DNA of 64,000 nucleotides from Gordius albopunctatus (taxonomy: Eukaryota), in assembly GCA_964276515.1 (NCBI GenBank), contig OZ193909.1, forward strand, positions 10,974,001 to 11,038,000, written 5' to 3'. The notes under the pieces are model-generated. The model saw nothing but the letters and a program-made list of their open reading frames with translations, was not told the origin of the DNA and did no database searches. Of this stretch, positions 1 to 12,039 are shown in pieces; position 1 is the stretch's first letter, and every line of letters begins with the position of its first letter. The translations under genes and the position numbers were made by a program.

Positions 1-1072
1 GAATTGGTTTTTTAAAGAGTAATATAAAACCGGCGCGCCTAAATATGTGCTCGTCTTAATGGGCATTTTAATTAAAATACATCATCAAACCTGGTAAAAA
101 GACCCTCGAAAACGTTTCTAGTGCGTTTAAGGCATGCTACAATAGAATAGTATCATATATAAATTATTTATTTTAATATTTAACGATATAACTCACGATA
201 ATTTATTTTAATAATTATTGGTTCCCTGGGGGTTTATATTGTTTAAAAACAAAAATGTTCTATGAGTTAATAGCTTCTCCTTTAAATCCTTTTTAGCTTT
301 AATTAATAATAATTAGGCAATAACATAGTAAAGAATAAAAGTCGGCTCAGTCAGCAATATTTTTATGTAATAACGGGTACAAGGTTCTTTTTCTTTATTA
401 TCTTTGTCACCCTTTCAAAAAGGGATGTTTAGTTTTGCTTTGAATTATGTTTTATTAGGCTATAGGAACGTAATAAGGCGCTCGCTTTTTATCTCTTTTT
501 TGAATAATGCTCCGGGCTACTTTTAAACATTCTGGCAGGGGTTGTTGTACAATTTTTTAAATAGTGTCTACAATATACATACATATATATTAATCAATGC
601 AAATTCTTTAGCTTAATCGGAGGACCCCCTCTTTTTGTTGTTTGAAACGCTAACTCTCTGTCTTTCCCGTGTAAAACTAGAGACCCATCTTTTCAAACAA
701 ATATTCCGAACCCGGCCCGGTTATAGTTAAATTGCTAGCCCGCGTCCGCTCGAATTATTAAAGCTCTCCAGCCCGAATATCAAACTTGTCCCCTCGACCC
801 AAATTAAAACGGCCCTTTAATTATTATTAATTAAAAATAAACATTACTTTAGTGACATATTAATTTAAGCAGAGTTTGCTATATTGTATTTTTTGTAAAT
901 ATAATGTTGATATAGTCGGTTTAACCTATTGAAAAGAACAAGGGGCGGCAGGGACTTATTACATCTTCTATTTAGGGGAATATCGTTGACTTGAAATTAA
1001 AATAATAAGGCAAAATTTACAATGATTTTTATATATATGCCGTCTTGATAAAATTTTGAAATTCAACTACAG

Positions 1073-1288
1073 GAGAGCAGAGTCGAGGCTTTGTATGATT
1101 TTGAAGCTAAAGAACCGGATGAATTATCTTTCAAAAAAGGGCAAATTATAACTGTTACAGGTAATTATATGAATGCATGTTTTGATATAAAAGTAGATAA
1201 ATCCGACACTAATTGGTGGCAAGGCATGCTTAACAATCAGATTGGTATAATCCCTGCAACTTATGTTAGAGAAATAACGGATCCTTGA
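1073..1288 (+). CDS. GRB2: 3' end of a GRB2/Drk-like adaptor (C-terminal SH3 domain); exons 1073-1160 and 1197-1288; upstream exons not identified in the window
   Basis: Removing GT-AG intron 1161-1196 gives ESRVEALYDFEAKEPDELSFKKGQIITVTDKSDTNWWQGMLNNQIGIIPATYVREITDP*. This has the SH3 motifs ALYDF, EL.F, WW.G and PATYV, closely resembling the Drk/Grb2 C-terminal SH3, followed by a stop. Confidence 0.75.
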   Translation, partial: ESRVEALYDFEAKEPDELSFKKGQIITVTGNYMNACFDIKVDKSDTNWWQGMLNNQIGIIPATYVREITDP

Positions 1289-1986
1289 CATTGTTATTTG
1301 AAAATTCTTTTATTGACTAAATTATTTAAATTTTTCAATGCGAATTATATGCAACGTTTTATAGATATTTATTTTATCAAATTTCTTGTTAACTCATGTA
1401 ATATATTAAATAAGAATGCATTGACTTTTTAACGGGGTACCTATTTTCATAAATTTTATTCGCCTTATTTATTAAAACTATGCATTACTTATGAGCTTAC
1501 CTCGCCAGGTCTAACAAGTATTGTTAAAACCATAGACTAAAGCTAAAACAGATATAGAAGTGAGTGGGGTGGGATAGTTACAACACGATTTATGGATTAT
1601 TTTAAGGCTTTTTCAAATTAATCAATATATTATTCACAACATTATACTTGCTAGGTATTTTCATACTGCATAGAATTTTTGCTTCATTGCTTTTATTTTG
1701 AAGATTATTACATTTTTTAATACTATTTTATGATTGAATTTAAATTTTTGTTATTTGAAACGATGTTTTAGAGTCTGTAAATTAAAACGAATTTCAATCG
1801 ATGATAATTATTTTTATATTTTATACTGGATTATGTATTATACAAATGGTTGTTTAGCAAACATTTTTATCTATAGTTAATTTGAGCATTACCTATACTA
1901 TATAAAATGTATAAATAGACAACATTTTAAATAAATACCGTTAATTAATTTTTATAACTATAATTAATATGTTAAATTTATCTAGA

Positions 1987-3061
1987 TCTAATCTTATAAA
2001 AATCTTATATATAAAAATGAAACTATGTATGTATGCTGCCACAAAAAATTTCACAGTTTATTCCCCACACTCCGGAGCATGTTTTAAGATTTGTTCGAGC
2101 CAAATCGGTCCAGTAGTTTTCGAGTTTGTTTTATACGTTTTGACGGTCAATAGAATGTCCATCAAACGCAACCTCATGACGTACTGCCTATCTAAATGAA
2201 ACTATGTGTGTGCACCATGCGTTTAGGTAGTGTGTAGTGTGATAAATGTAGGCATGTGCTGCGGAAAATGGAAACTTTTTACGATTTGAAACATTAAATC
2301 AAAGCATGGGCGTACGCAGGTTTTGAATTAGATGGGGGAGGCAGATTTGTAAAAAAAAATGTCTCGACTATCCAAAAATTTTCCTGAGAACAAAAAAAGG
2401 TCTTCGACCACTAAATTCCTAAATTTTTCCTGAGACCCGCAGGGGGTAGCCGCCCTTTCTGCCCTCTCCTGACTAATTAGGGGGGGGGGGCAAAACATAA
2501 TTCTTAAGGGTTTATGTATTGAAAAAATATTTTTTTGCACCCCCCCCTGGGTACGCCCATGAATCAAAGTCATTTTTTTGCTTATTTTTCACGTAAATTA
2601 TTATTATAGGACGGTCGTGTCTCCTCCTGCGTGACTAAATAAAATAAAAAATCTAATTTTGTCATTTTTTGCACGTTAAATATGGAGAAAAATAAAAATA
2701 CAATTAACAAAGTGCCAATAAATGTTGATATATCTCAGTTCTTCGGACATTATTAAGTTCAGAATTAAAAGTTTTATTCAGAAACAAATAACTATAATTA
2801 TGATATTGTTTCTTAATTACAAAAAAAATTACTTGATGGGCCAGGGGGCCAAAGATTTTTCCCTTGGGGGGGGGGGGGTTGCCATGGGGCCAGGTTTTCT
2901 CTCTTGGGTGGGCCTTGGACCCTCTTTAACTATTTGTTTAAAAATTATAAAACTTTATTTTTACTTCAATCACCGCTTTATTATCATGTATGCCCTAAAA
3001 TTCCAACATAATTTAATACACCCGGGTAAATGGCAAAACAACGTTTGCCGGGTTTATCTAG
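1987..3061 (+). mobile_element. Non-autonomous Helitron
   Basis: 5' TC..TATATATAAAAAT start (exact TC among 1987/1992/2003 uncertain) followed by TATGTATG; 3' hairpin GGCAAAACAACGTTTGCC and terminal CTAG|T at 3058-3062. Confidence 0.65.
2305..2561. mobile_element. hAT-type MITE nested in the Helitron
   Basis: TIRs CATGGGCGTAC / GTACGCCCATG; perfect 8-bp TSD AATCAAAG (2297-2304, 2562-2569). Confidence 0.85.
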
Positions 3062-3199
3062 TATTTTATATAATAACAATCAAAGGGTAAATATTTTTAA
3101 TTAATAGAAATGAGCCTTTTCTATTTAAAAAGAACTTAACATAAAATACTTAGTGTTTTAATTTTCTACGTAGTATTTAAATAACACCCTAACCCTATA

Positions 3200-4360
3200 T
3201 TAATTGCTATGCAATTTATGGGCTCGCTTTTTTGGTGTCCGTCCGTCCGTTGTCCGTCCTTTACCCTCCAATTTATTTACACCAGCTTCCCGACCTGGAG
3301 GTTCGTGTTCAATCCCGGGAGAGGACAAAAATTTTTTTAAATTAAATTTATATTTTGTTCTTGTTAATACCATTGATAATATGACTTTTTGACCGTCCGC
3401 TGGCTGCTGACCAATGAAAAAATAACCATTGGCCAAATAAATCGAAATTTTTTTTTTCGTTTTTGAATTGGGTAATAACATTGATAATTACTCTATGCCC
3501 TCCACTACAAGGGCCTATGCCTCTACTGATATGGGTCCCTGTGCCCCTACAAAAGCCTGTGCCCTTTATTAATGTTGGTTCGAATCCCGGCGAACGTTCT
3601 AAATTGCTGGTTCGAATCCCGGTGAGGCAAAATTTTTATTTTTTTTTGAATTAAATTAATATATTGTTCTTGTTAATACCATTGATAATATAACTTTCTG
3701 ACCGTTATCTGGCTACTGACCAATGAGAAAATGACTATTGGCCAAATTACGAATCGAATTTTTTTTTCGTTTTTGAATTGGTTAACATTGCTAATTACCA
3801 TATGCCCTCCCCTAAAAAGGCCTATGCCTCTACTGATATGGGTCCCTGTGCCCCTACAAAGGCTTATGTCTCTACTGATGTGGGTTCAAATCCCGGAGAT
3901 GAAAAAATTTCTATTTTTTTTAAATTAAATTAATAGTTTGTTCTTGTTAATACCATTGATAATATGAATTTTTGACCGTGCCCTGGCTACTGACCAATGA
4001 TAAAAATGACCATTGGCCAAAATGTAAATCGAAATTCATTTTTCGTTTTTTTTGACTCGTATGTATTTATAGACCGTCTCTGGGTACTGACCAATTGAAA
4101 AAAAATGACCATTGGCCAAAATGTGATTCGAAATTTTTTTTTCTTTTTTTGACTCGTATGTATTTATAGACCGTCTCTTGGTGCTGAACAATATAAAAAA
4201 TGACCATTGCCCAAATTGTGATTATAAATTTTTTTTGTTTTTGAATTGGTATATTAGGTTGACATTGATAATTACTTTATGCCCCCCCCCCCTACAAAAA
4301 CCTATGCCTCTTAATTGTATTAATGTGGGTTCAAATCCCGGCGAGAGCAAATCCTATTTT
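3200..4360 (+). mobile_element. HINE/DINE-1-like element with internal ~300-bp tandem repeats carrying tRNA B-box-like motifs
   Basis: Begins TTAATTGCTATGCAATTTATGGGC (as at 7304), then a (GTCC)n microsatellite at 3237-3260, then diverged tandem units containing CTACTGACCAATG and GGTTCRAATCCCGG. Confidence 0.55.
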
Positions 4361-4814
4361 TAGATGTGTTACTAACTAAATGCATACAAATATTCCGTCA
4401 TTTTGCATTTGCTATGTTTGATAATATATGATTGGAATTAAGCAAAAAGACATCAATTTTATTTGAATTTTTCAAATAAAATTAACATTGTAATTTAGAT
4501 CGTCTGTTAAAACTTAAGAAGTGGGGTAAACAAAATTAAGAAACAAACATTATTATTTAATAACTGTCGAGGGGACTGACGGAGCTCCAAGATTGTTAGA
4601 GATTTTTGGAGTTTAAAAAAATAATTTAAATTCTTCCATCTAGGAACTTTTCGATTTAAAGTCAGTGTGGAAAATAAAATTTATCTTCCCTTTTTTCTCC
4701 ATCCATACGCTTTCTAACCCCACTATACAATTAACTTTTTATTATTATCACGCATCAAAATTTTCTAAATATTCCAAACTTCGTCCTGCAATATTATAAA
4801 CTTATTTATTATAA

Positions 4815-6079
4815 CTAGATGTGCGTGTGCACGGCCAAGCGTTGCTTTGGCTCAATCCTTAAGTAGTTAAATAAGTATAACCTATTAATAAGATGAAATA
4901 ATAATTCAAATAAATAAATATCCATAATATTTATTTAGAGCACGAATTTTATCACGTCATGGATTTTATGAGGCCACTATTTTTAGTATATATATAATAA
5001 GACAAACCAAATGTGAATTCTGTTTTAGTCATCAAATCCGACTAAAATTATTTTTTTTTTGAAAAAATTGCTGATCAATGCTGTTACTTATTATACAATA
5101 ATACCATTATTTTATTTTTCTAGTTAGCTGATTTATTTGAAATACAATTTTCTTTAATATAATATAATTATTAAAAATATGCTTCTATGATCGACCACGT
5201 GATAATAATTTAAATATTATTTATTTAATTTAAATAGTTTGTTAAACCCCAATAATTTTGACCGTATATTGTAACATTTTTATTATACTTTTAAATATTT
5301 TATTCGAGAAAACTTCAGCCTTGTATGTATGACGTCATTATTGTATATGCCGCTATAAATTAAACTTGCCGGGAAATGTCCCATATTTTTAAAACAAAAA
5401 GGTATTTTAGGAAACTGACCCTGTCATCACTGGGCATCTACGGCTAAATTTTCGCGCGAATCGGGCCGGTAGTTTTAGAATTAAGCCATTTTTTAAAATT
5501 AAAAGGAATTTTAGGAATCTGAAAAAGCTATTTTACCACTGGCCGCCCTGGGAACCTACGGGTAAAGTTTCGCGCAAATCGGGCCGGTAGTTTCAGAATT
5601 TAGCCCTTAAATACATACATACATACATACATACATACATACATACATACATACATACATACATACATACATACATACATACATACATACATACATACAT
5701 ACATACATACATACATACATACATACATACATACATACATACATACATACATACATACATACATACATACATACATACATACATACATACATACATACAT
5801 ACATACATACATACATACATACATACATACATACATACATACATACATACATACATACATACATACATACATACATACATACATACATACATACATACAT
5901 ACATACATACATACATACATACATACATACATACATACATACATACATACATACATACATACATACATACATACATACATACATACATACATACATACAT
6001 ACATACATACATACATACATACATACATACATACATACATACATACATACATACATACATACACTTTACTATATATAGA
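4815..6079 (-). mobile_element. Non-autonomous Helitron containing a long (TATG)n array
   Basis: On the minus strand: A|TCTATATATAG 5' end at 6079; 3' GAGCCAAAGCAACGCTTGGCC hairpin and CTAG|T ending at 4815; 3' region shared with 11108-11596 and 55650-55749. Confidence 0.75.
5611..6063. repeat. (CATA)n microsatellite
   Basis: Pure tetranucleotide array of ~450 bp. Confidence 0.98.
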
Positions 6080-6552
6080 TTCATTAACATGATTTCACGT
6101 AAGTTTGTTTCCCTCCCCACTCTATCAGATAATATCAATAAATTCGTTTTCCTTACCCATGTGACGTAATCGATTGAGGGGTGGAGACTTGTTTAACAAA
6201 TATTGATAAAATTTACTACATATCTATCATTATTACTCTTATTTTTATATGTCAAGGTTAGACACCCTACCCCTCTTATCCGCCCACCGCTAACTTGGCA
6301 TTATCAGGGGGCGGGAGTGGAGGAGATGGAGAAAGGGAAAGAGAGATGTATTAGAAAACATCGCATATCGCGGGGACCGTGTCATAAGCTTTCTATCTAA
6401 TATCCATGAAACGCCTTATATTTAAATTTATACGCGTTTGCGTAAACCCCTTCTCCTTATCAAAATTTAGATTAAGATTTTAATTGCTATTCAGAATTAT
6501 TCAACATTCCACATAAATTCTTTACAAACTAGGCCAAAATAATTTATATAAA

Positions 6553-6695
6553 ATGTCTAAAATGAGCTTGGAGAAAGTTTCTGAAAGAGGAAATTGGAGT
6601 GGAAAATTAGATTTTATCCTTCCTTGCATAGGATGGATTTTCCATTGGGTTAAATATTTGGAGATTTCCATAAATTTGTTACACCAATGGAGGAG
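6553..6695 (+). pseudogene. Orphan pseudo-exon of an SLC6 sodium:neurotransmitter symporter
   Basis: ERGNWSGKLDFILPCIG, then after a frameshift (GGAT duplication) GFSIGLNIWRFP*ICYTNGGG followed by a GT donor. This matches the SLC6 TM1 signature RGNW..K.DF.LS.IG..VGLGN.WRFPY.CY.NGGG, with a frameshift and a stop. Confidence 0.8.
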
Positions 6696-7303
6696 GTTAT
6701 TTTATATAATTATCTTAATACCAACTTGCTCTATATCTATGATATTCATATGTAAATTACAAATGTATAATCTTTATCCTTTATTTACTTATCTTTTCTT
6801 CTATATGCTAATAAATTCTGATAATTGCTTATTGCGCAGAAAAAAAGTGGAAAATTTAGGTTTATTTTTAATCCAATATTATATATTTACCATATATTCT
6901 TTAGAAATTTGCAATTTGATAATAAATAACAAACATAATAATATGTTCTAGTGATAATTAATTTTGTTTATACCACCATCTATAAATATTTTTAGGGGAA
7001 ATGAAATTTTTCATTCATTTAAAGGGTAAAAATGACCGCAAATGTTTGAGGTTTTTAACTAAATTATTTCGATAGAGAATTTTTTAGGAACAAAATTCAC
7101 CAAATTTGAGTGAATAACGATTTTATTATCAATAACAGTTAAATCCATAAAACGCTCGCGAACGTGATTTCCTCCCTTAAAACCTCCATAATTTAAAAAG
7201 TATTGGCCCAAAATATATCTAATAAATGAGACCTATACCCTCGCCAAAAATTATCCTTATCTAAGGGTAAAAAATTTTTTTTTAATTAAATTAATATATT
7301 GGT

Positions 7304-7630
7304 TTAATTGCTATGCAATTTTTGGGCTAGTTTTTGGTTGTCCGTTTTTGTTAATACCATCGATAATATAAATTTTTGCCCGTGCCCTGGCTACTGACCA
7401 ATTGAAAAAATGACCATTAGCAAAAATTTGATTCAAAATTTTAATTTTTGTTTCGTTTTTAAATTGGTTCGAATTATTTTGCACTTAATAACCCCTTAAG
7501 GCATTCTCGCCCCTTCCCACCTTTCTCGCCCATAAATTGCATAGCAAATATGCTACGTCTATACGGAGTATAGATGAGTTTTGTTCCCCCTTCCCTTCCC
7601 CCCTTCCCATGAGGGCCGAAGGCCCGAGTT
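7304..7630 (+). mobile_element. Short HINE/DINE-like copy (same family as 3200-4360)
   Basis: Inverted repeat TTGCTATGCAATTT.TGGGC (7308) / GCCCATAAATTGCATAGCAA (7528-7547), followed by the 3' hairpin GGGCC-GAA-GGCCC (7613-7625). Confidence 0.55.
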
Positions 7631-7803
7631 ATTATTTATTATATTCAATCTTATAGAGCCCCTTTCAAACAACCAATGTTGTTTACGGTTATTCACATAT
7701 TTTTTGATCGATATTATACCTTTTATTTATTAACCATCTGATTCGAACTTGGCCTGCTTATGTATAAAACAAATATAGACTAACTAAACTTGTTTGCATG
7801 AAC

Positions 7804-8837
7804 TAGTGCTGTAAACATTTGTAAAAAAATCGAACGCGTTCACGTTCACGTTCGTCTAAAAAGAAAAGAAAAGGAACGCGTTCACGTTCGTTAAAAATTT
7901 TATGATACATTTTTTTAAAGTTTAATTTAATATAAATAAATGTCTTATATTTTTTAATACAATAAATAGCCATGATAAAAAATAATAGTTTTATTTCGAC
8001 AATACAATTATAAATCAATATAATCTATTTATTTTTAATAATAATTGTTTTTCAAAATTGTCTTCTGATAAGCAGGAACGCTTGGCAGTTAATACAGCAT
8101 TAGCTATACTAAAAACCTGCTCCACAGGGGCAGATGAGGGGATTGGAGTATTATACTTAATAAACAAATTTTTTAAAGGAGGAAATTTATTAAAAATTTT
8201 TAATGTTTTGTCCCTCGCTTCAAAAAATTGCGACAAGATATCATCCTCCAATGCGCCCTCTACTTCCTCGCCAAAAAATGATATCTCGGAATTGACAGCT
8301 CTTTCATTATCAATTCTAGGGGTTTCAATCCCTTTTTTCAATAACACTAAAAGTTTATTCTTTATAGGTTCATTTTAATTATTGAATTTGATCTTTTATA
8401 TGAAACGAGAGAAAAATATTTTTCATATTTTGGCCATGGCAATTTCAATTCATCTGCTGATTTTGAATATTCAGAATCTGAAGATGACAACGATATAATA
8501 TTATGATTGTCCATATTAACCTATAAATTAAACTATAATTAATAATATCAAACTAATTAACTTTAATCTTATCTTCTTTTGCACGTTATAGTATGTTAAA
8601 AGTATTTCGGAATTGGTAATAGGAAACAGGAAAAACAGCTGATTAAAAAATATAATACTTTTTTGTTAAAAATTCGGATTGACATTAATTTTCAAATAAA
8701 TAAAAACAAAAAAGGGTTTTTAAAATTGAGCGAACGTTAAATTCGAACGCGTTCATCAAAAAAGAAACGCGTTCACGTTCAAAGTTCACCCAAAAATATA
8801 AGTACGCCGATCATGAACGCGTTCACTTACAGTACTA
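7804..8837 (-). mobile_element. Internally deleted hAT transposon with C-terminal dimerization domain remnant
   Basis: TIRs TAGTGCTGTAA / TTACAGTACTA; 8-bp TSD GCATGAAC; subterminal GAACGCGTTCAC repeats; ORF 8015-8347(-) has FPPLKNLFIKYNTPIPSSAPVEQVFS (hATC motif). Confidence 0.9.
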
Positions 8838-9282
8838 GCATGAACGTTTTGCTTATACTACAATATACGCTCATTTTAAAATGAAGATCAATTTAATATC
8901 ACTGCTTATAAAAATGCTTAAATAAATTATTTTATGATTAATTAAATTTTTATCCGATATTAATCACAGCCGTATTACCTCAAATATTTAAGAGCTAATT
9001 TTAAACTACTTACAGATTTTCTCGTCCAGTTAACATATTGTATGTTAATATTTTAGTCAAATGGATTTCGTAACCATAATTTTGCATCACCTTAGAATTT
9101 TTATACGGATTTTAATACCGGTGGGAGGGGGGTGCGTAGTGGGTATAAACTTTGTATTTAAAACGGGATCGGGGTTAAAATACCGCATTAGGCATTTTTA
9201 CAAAGGCCTGTAAATACTCATTGTCAACACCTCTTTTAAGCATGAATAGCCGAGGTTCATACCTCATCCAGCTCCTTTAAAG

Positions 9283-9638
9283 CAGGGGTTTGAACCCACC
9301 GAAAATAAAATCGTGTTCGGGTTTGGCATAAATTTTGAAATCGGGTTCGTGTTCGGGTTTAAGGAATTGGGTTCGTGTACAGGTTCGGGTTCAAGAAATT
9401 TTATTAAAAATGCCGGAAACATAAAACTATTGAAATTAAAATCGTATGGTTTTCGTTACATTGTCATGATAGAGAAAACTGAGATATTCAATTCACAATA
9501 TATTTATGAATTAAAAACCCGAAGCCTTTTTTTATTCATCGGCTTCGGGTTTTGGGGATATTTTTAAAAATGGGTTCGGGTTCTCTAAAACATCGGGTTT
9601 TACCCGGTTTGGGTTCAGGGGTTCTGGACAAACCCCTG
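9283..9638. mobile_element. hAT-type MITE
   Basis: TIRs CAGGGGTTTG / CAAACCCCTG; 8-bp TSD CTTTAAAG; repeated TTCGGGT subterminal motifs. Confidence 0.88.
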
Positions 9639-9659
9639 CTTTAAAGTACACAAGAAACA

Positions 9660-10308
9660 AAGCAATTAAAAACTATGGCGTCTTCTACAATATTCATTGT
9701 ACGTGCTAAATCATGTGCCGCAAACGGATGTAGTCAAAAAATATTTTGCTATAGAAAAGATTAAAAGCGGGCTCGCTTAATTTTGGGACGATGACTGAAA
9801 AATGCTGAAATGCTAACACCTTCAGCAAACAACTGGTTGATATAGCCTATGTACAAGAAACTAGATGGAAGGGGTTAAAATCAGGGATGATATATGAATG
9901 CTACTTTTACTTCAATGGCAAAGAAACGCATAAAAATGAATTGGCAAATATTAGCTTAACATTGCAAGCAGCTAAATTAATTAAACAGAAAAAGTTGCCG
10001 ACTCATGATATTTGCCTAGAAAGTAAAAATAATAAAATGTCTTATTATGCTCCGTAAACTGTATGCACAGATGAAGATCATTTTGGGGGATATCCGCAAA
10101 TCGAGTTAATTGTAATTGGATCAGATATGAACGGTCACATTGGCAAAACTAGATAAGGATAATAGTTAAGGGTTGAAAAACGATGTAGGTGAAGAAATAT
10201 AGAATATAGCTATGCTATTTAATTTAGCCACTGTTTCTTCAAATAGAATTTTAATCACCTACTAATGTACAAAAGTGGAAATGGGTCTTGGCAAATTGAC
10301 TACCTCTT
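9660..10308 (+). mobile_element. Degraded RTE LINE 5' part (APE endonuclease remnant)
   Basis: Fragments translate to DIAYVQETRWKG, IVIGSDMNGHIG and YKSGNGSWQIDYLL across broken frames. Confidence 0.65.
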
Positions 10309-11107
10309 AATAGTGTTTCGATCTCGTCTCGGTCTCGAAAGCAAAATTTCGTCTCGTCTCGGGAGCGATTATGAAAATCTCGTCTCGGCGAGAATTCTCG
10401 TCTCGACTTTAAAAAATTTAGAACTTAATGGTGGTGTTTAATGGCACTTTTTAGATATAAGTTTAACCCAGTACTCTTGTGAGTGTTTTAAAGCTGAAAC
10501 TTCTAAGTAATAAATATACTAACTGATTGTTAGAATAAAGACCTTATTAAATTTTATAGTTCTAGCAAATTTTAACATTGTATCAAATTCACTGTGTCTA
10601 TCAAATATAGACTTATAAATTTATAAGTTTACCTATATTTAGCTTAGTTATATATTTAGGTAAATTGAGATCCTTATTAATGCTGGCTAAAGACTCAATG
10701 TTGACCCTAACATATTTAAGGCCAACGTTTCGTCCATTAACATGACCTTACCATATCCATTACACATAGAGTTTATTGTATGTTTACTATAGCGTTATAA
10801 ACCACAAAGTGCGAGTGACATTTAATGATAATGTTATTATTTACAGAATTGATAATTAATTGCACAAAAACGTTCTAAAAACAACAATAAAAGCAGCATT
10901 ATAATAGGATCAAGAATACGAGGTTTAAACTTTTAATTAAAGTGCACTTATTATATTTTATGACATTCATTATAATTAAATTTGTATTTTAAATAATTAG
11001 CTTTCAATTCTAACTAACTCTGCCATTAATAGTGTTTCGATCTCGTCTCGGTCTCGAAAGCAAAATCTCCTCTCGTCTCGGGAGCGATTATAAAAATCTC
11101 GTCTTGG

Positions 11108-11596
11108 ACGGTCAAAATTATTGGTGTTTAACAATTATTTAAATTAAATAAATAATATTTAAATTATTATCACGTGGTCGATCATAGAAGCATATTTTTA
11201 ATAATTATCCATCCTTCAATTAATTATTATATTATATTAAAGAAAATTGCATTTCAAATAAATCAGCTAACTAGAAAAATAAAATAATTGTATTATTGTA
11301 TAATAAGTAACAGCATTGATCAGCAATGTTTTCAAAAACATTTAATTTTAGTCGGATTTGATGACTAGAACAGAATTCGCATTTGGTTTGTCTTATTATA
11401 TATATACTAAAAATAGTGGGTTCATAAAATCCACGACGTGATAAAATTCGTGCTCTAAATAAATATTATGGATATTTTATTTATTTGAATTATTGTTTCA
11501 TATATGACCCCATTTTAGATAAGTCTTATTAATAGGTTATACTTATTTAACCACTTAAGGACTGAGCCAAAGCAACGCTTGGCCGGGCACAGCTAG
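11108..11596 (+). mobile_element. Helitron 3' fragment
   Basis: Reverse complement of ~4830-5265; ends GAGCCAAAGCAACGCTTGGCCGGGCACAGCTAG|T, identical to the end at 55749. Confidence 0.75.
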
Positions 11597-12039
11597 TGTA
11601 TTATAGAAATAAGTAGGAATCAAAAAGGCTGAACGAAATTTATTTGTTAAAAAAATTAATGAATTATAATTAAACACTTATATGCGCATATTGTGTGAAA
11701 ATGGCATGACGCCTCTGTTTTAAGCCTAGACAGCACACATGTGTATTGCGAACAATGAAATGGCTACATAAATATAAATAATTCAATACTCCATAAACGT
11801 AGCTAGGGATCTGAAAGAAATGGACTGGGCAAAGATTTAACATGAGGGGTGGTAGCATTCGCGAACGCGATATACAATCTAATAGAAAAGTAAGAAGATA
11901 ATTTGCTAGGATTTATACCCAAATCCTATCAGCGTGCCCCCCGGGCCCGCCCAAAAATTAAAATTTAAGACAGTTGCCCGGCCCGGCCCGTCTGATTCGC
12001 AGACTAAAAGACATGAAAAGTACCTTCAAAAACATTCCC

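Noticed and set aside
3290..3325. Possible tRNA gene
   Set aside because: Only a 3'-half/T-arm resemblance; no full cloverleaf or A-box seen, and it is part of a repeat.
3460..4360. CRISPR-like repeat array
   Set aside because: Units are long diverged tandem repeats without unique spacers; eukaryotic context and no cas genes.
5593..6138. Long MYVC-repeat ORFs
   Set aside because: Translations of the (CATA)n microsatellite, not genes.
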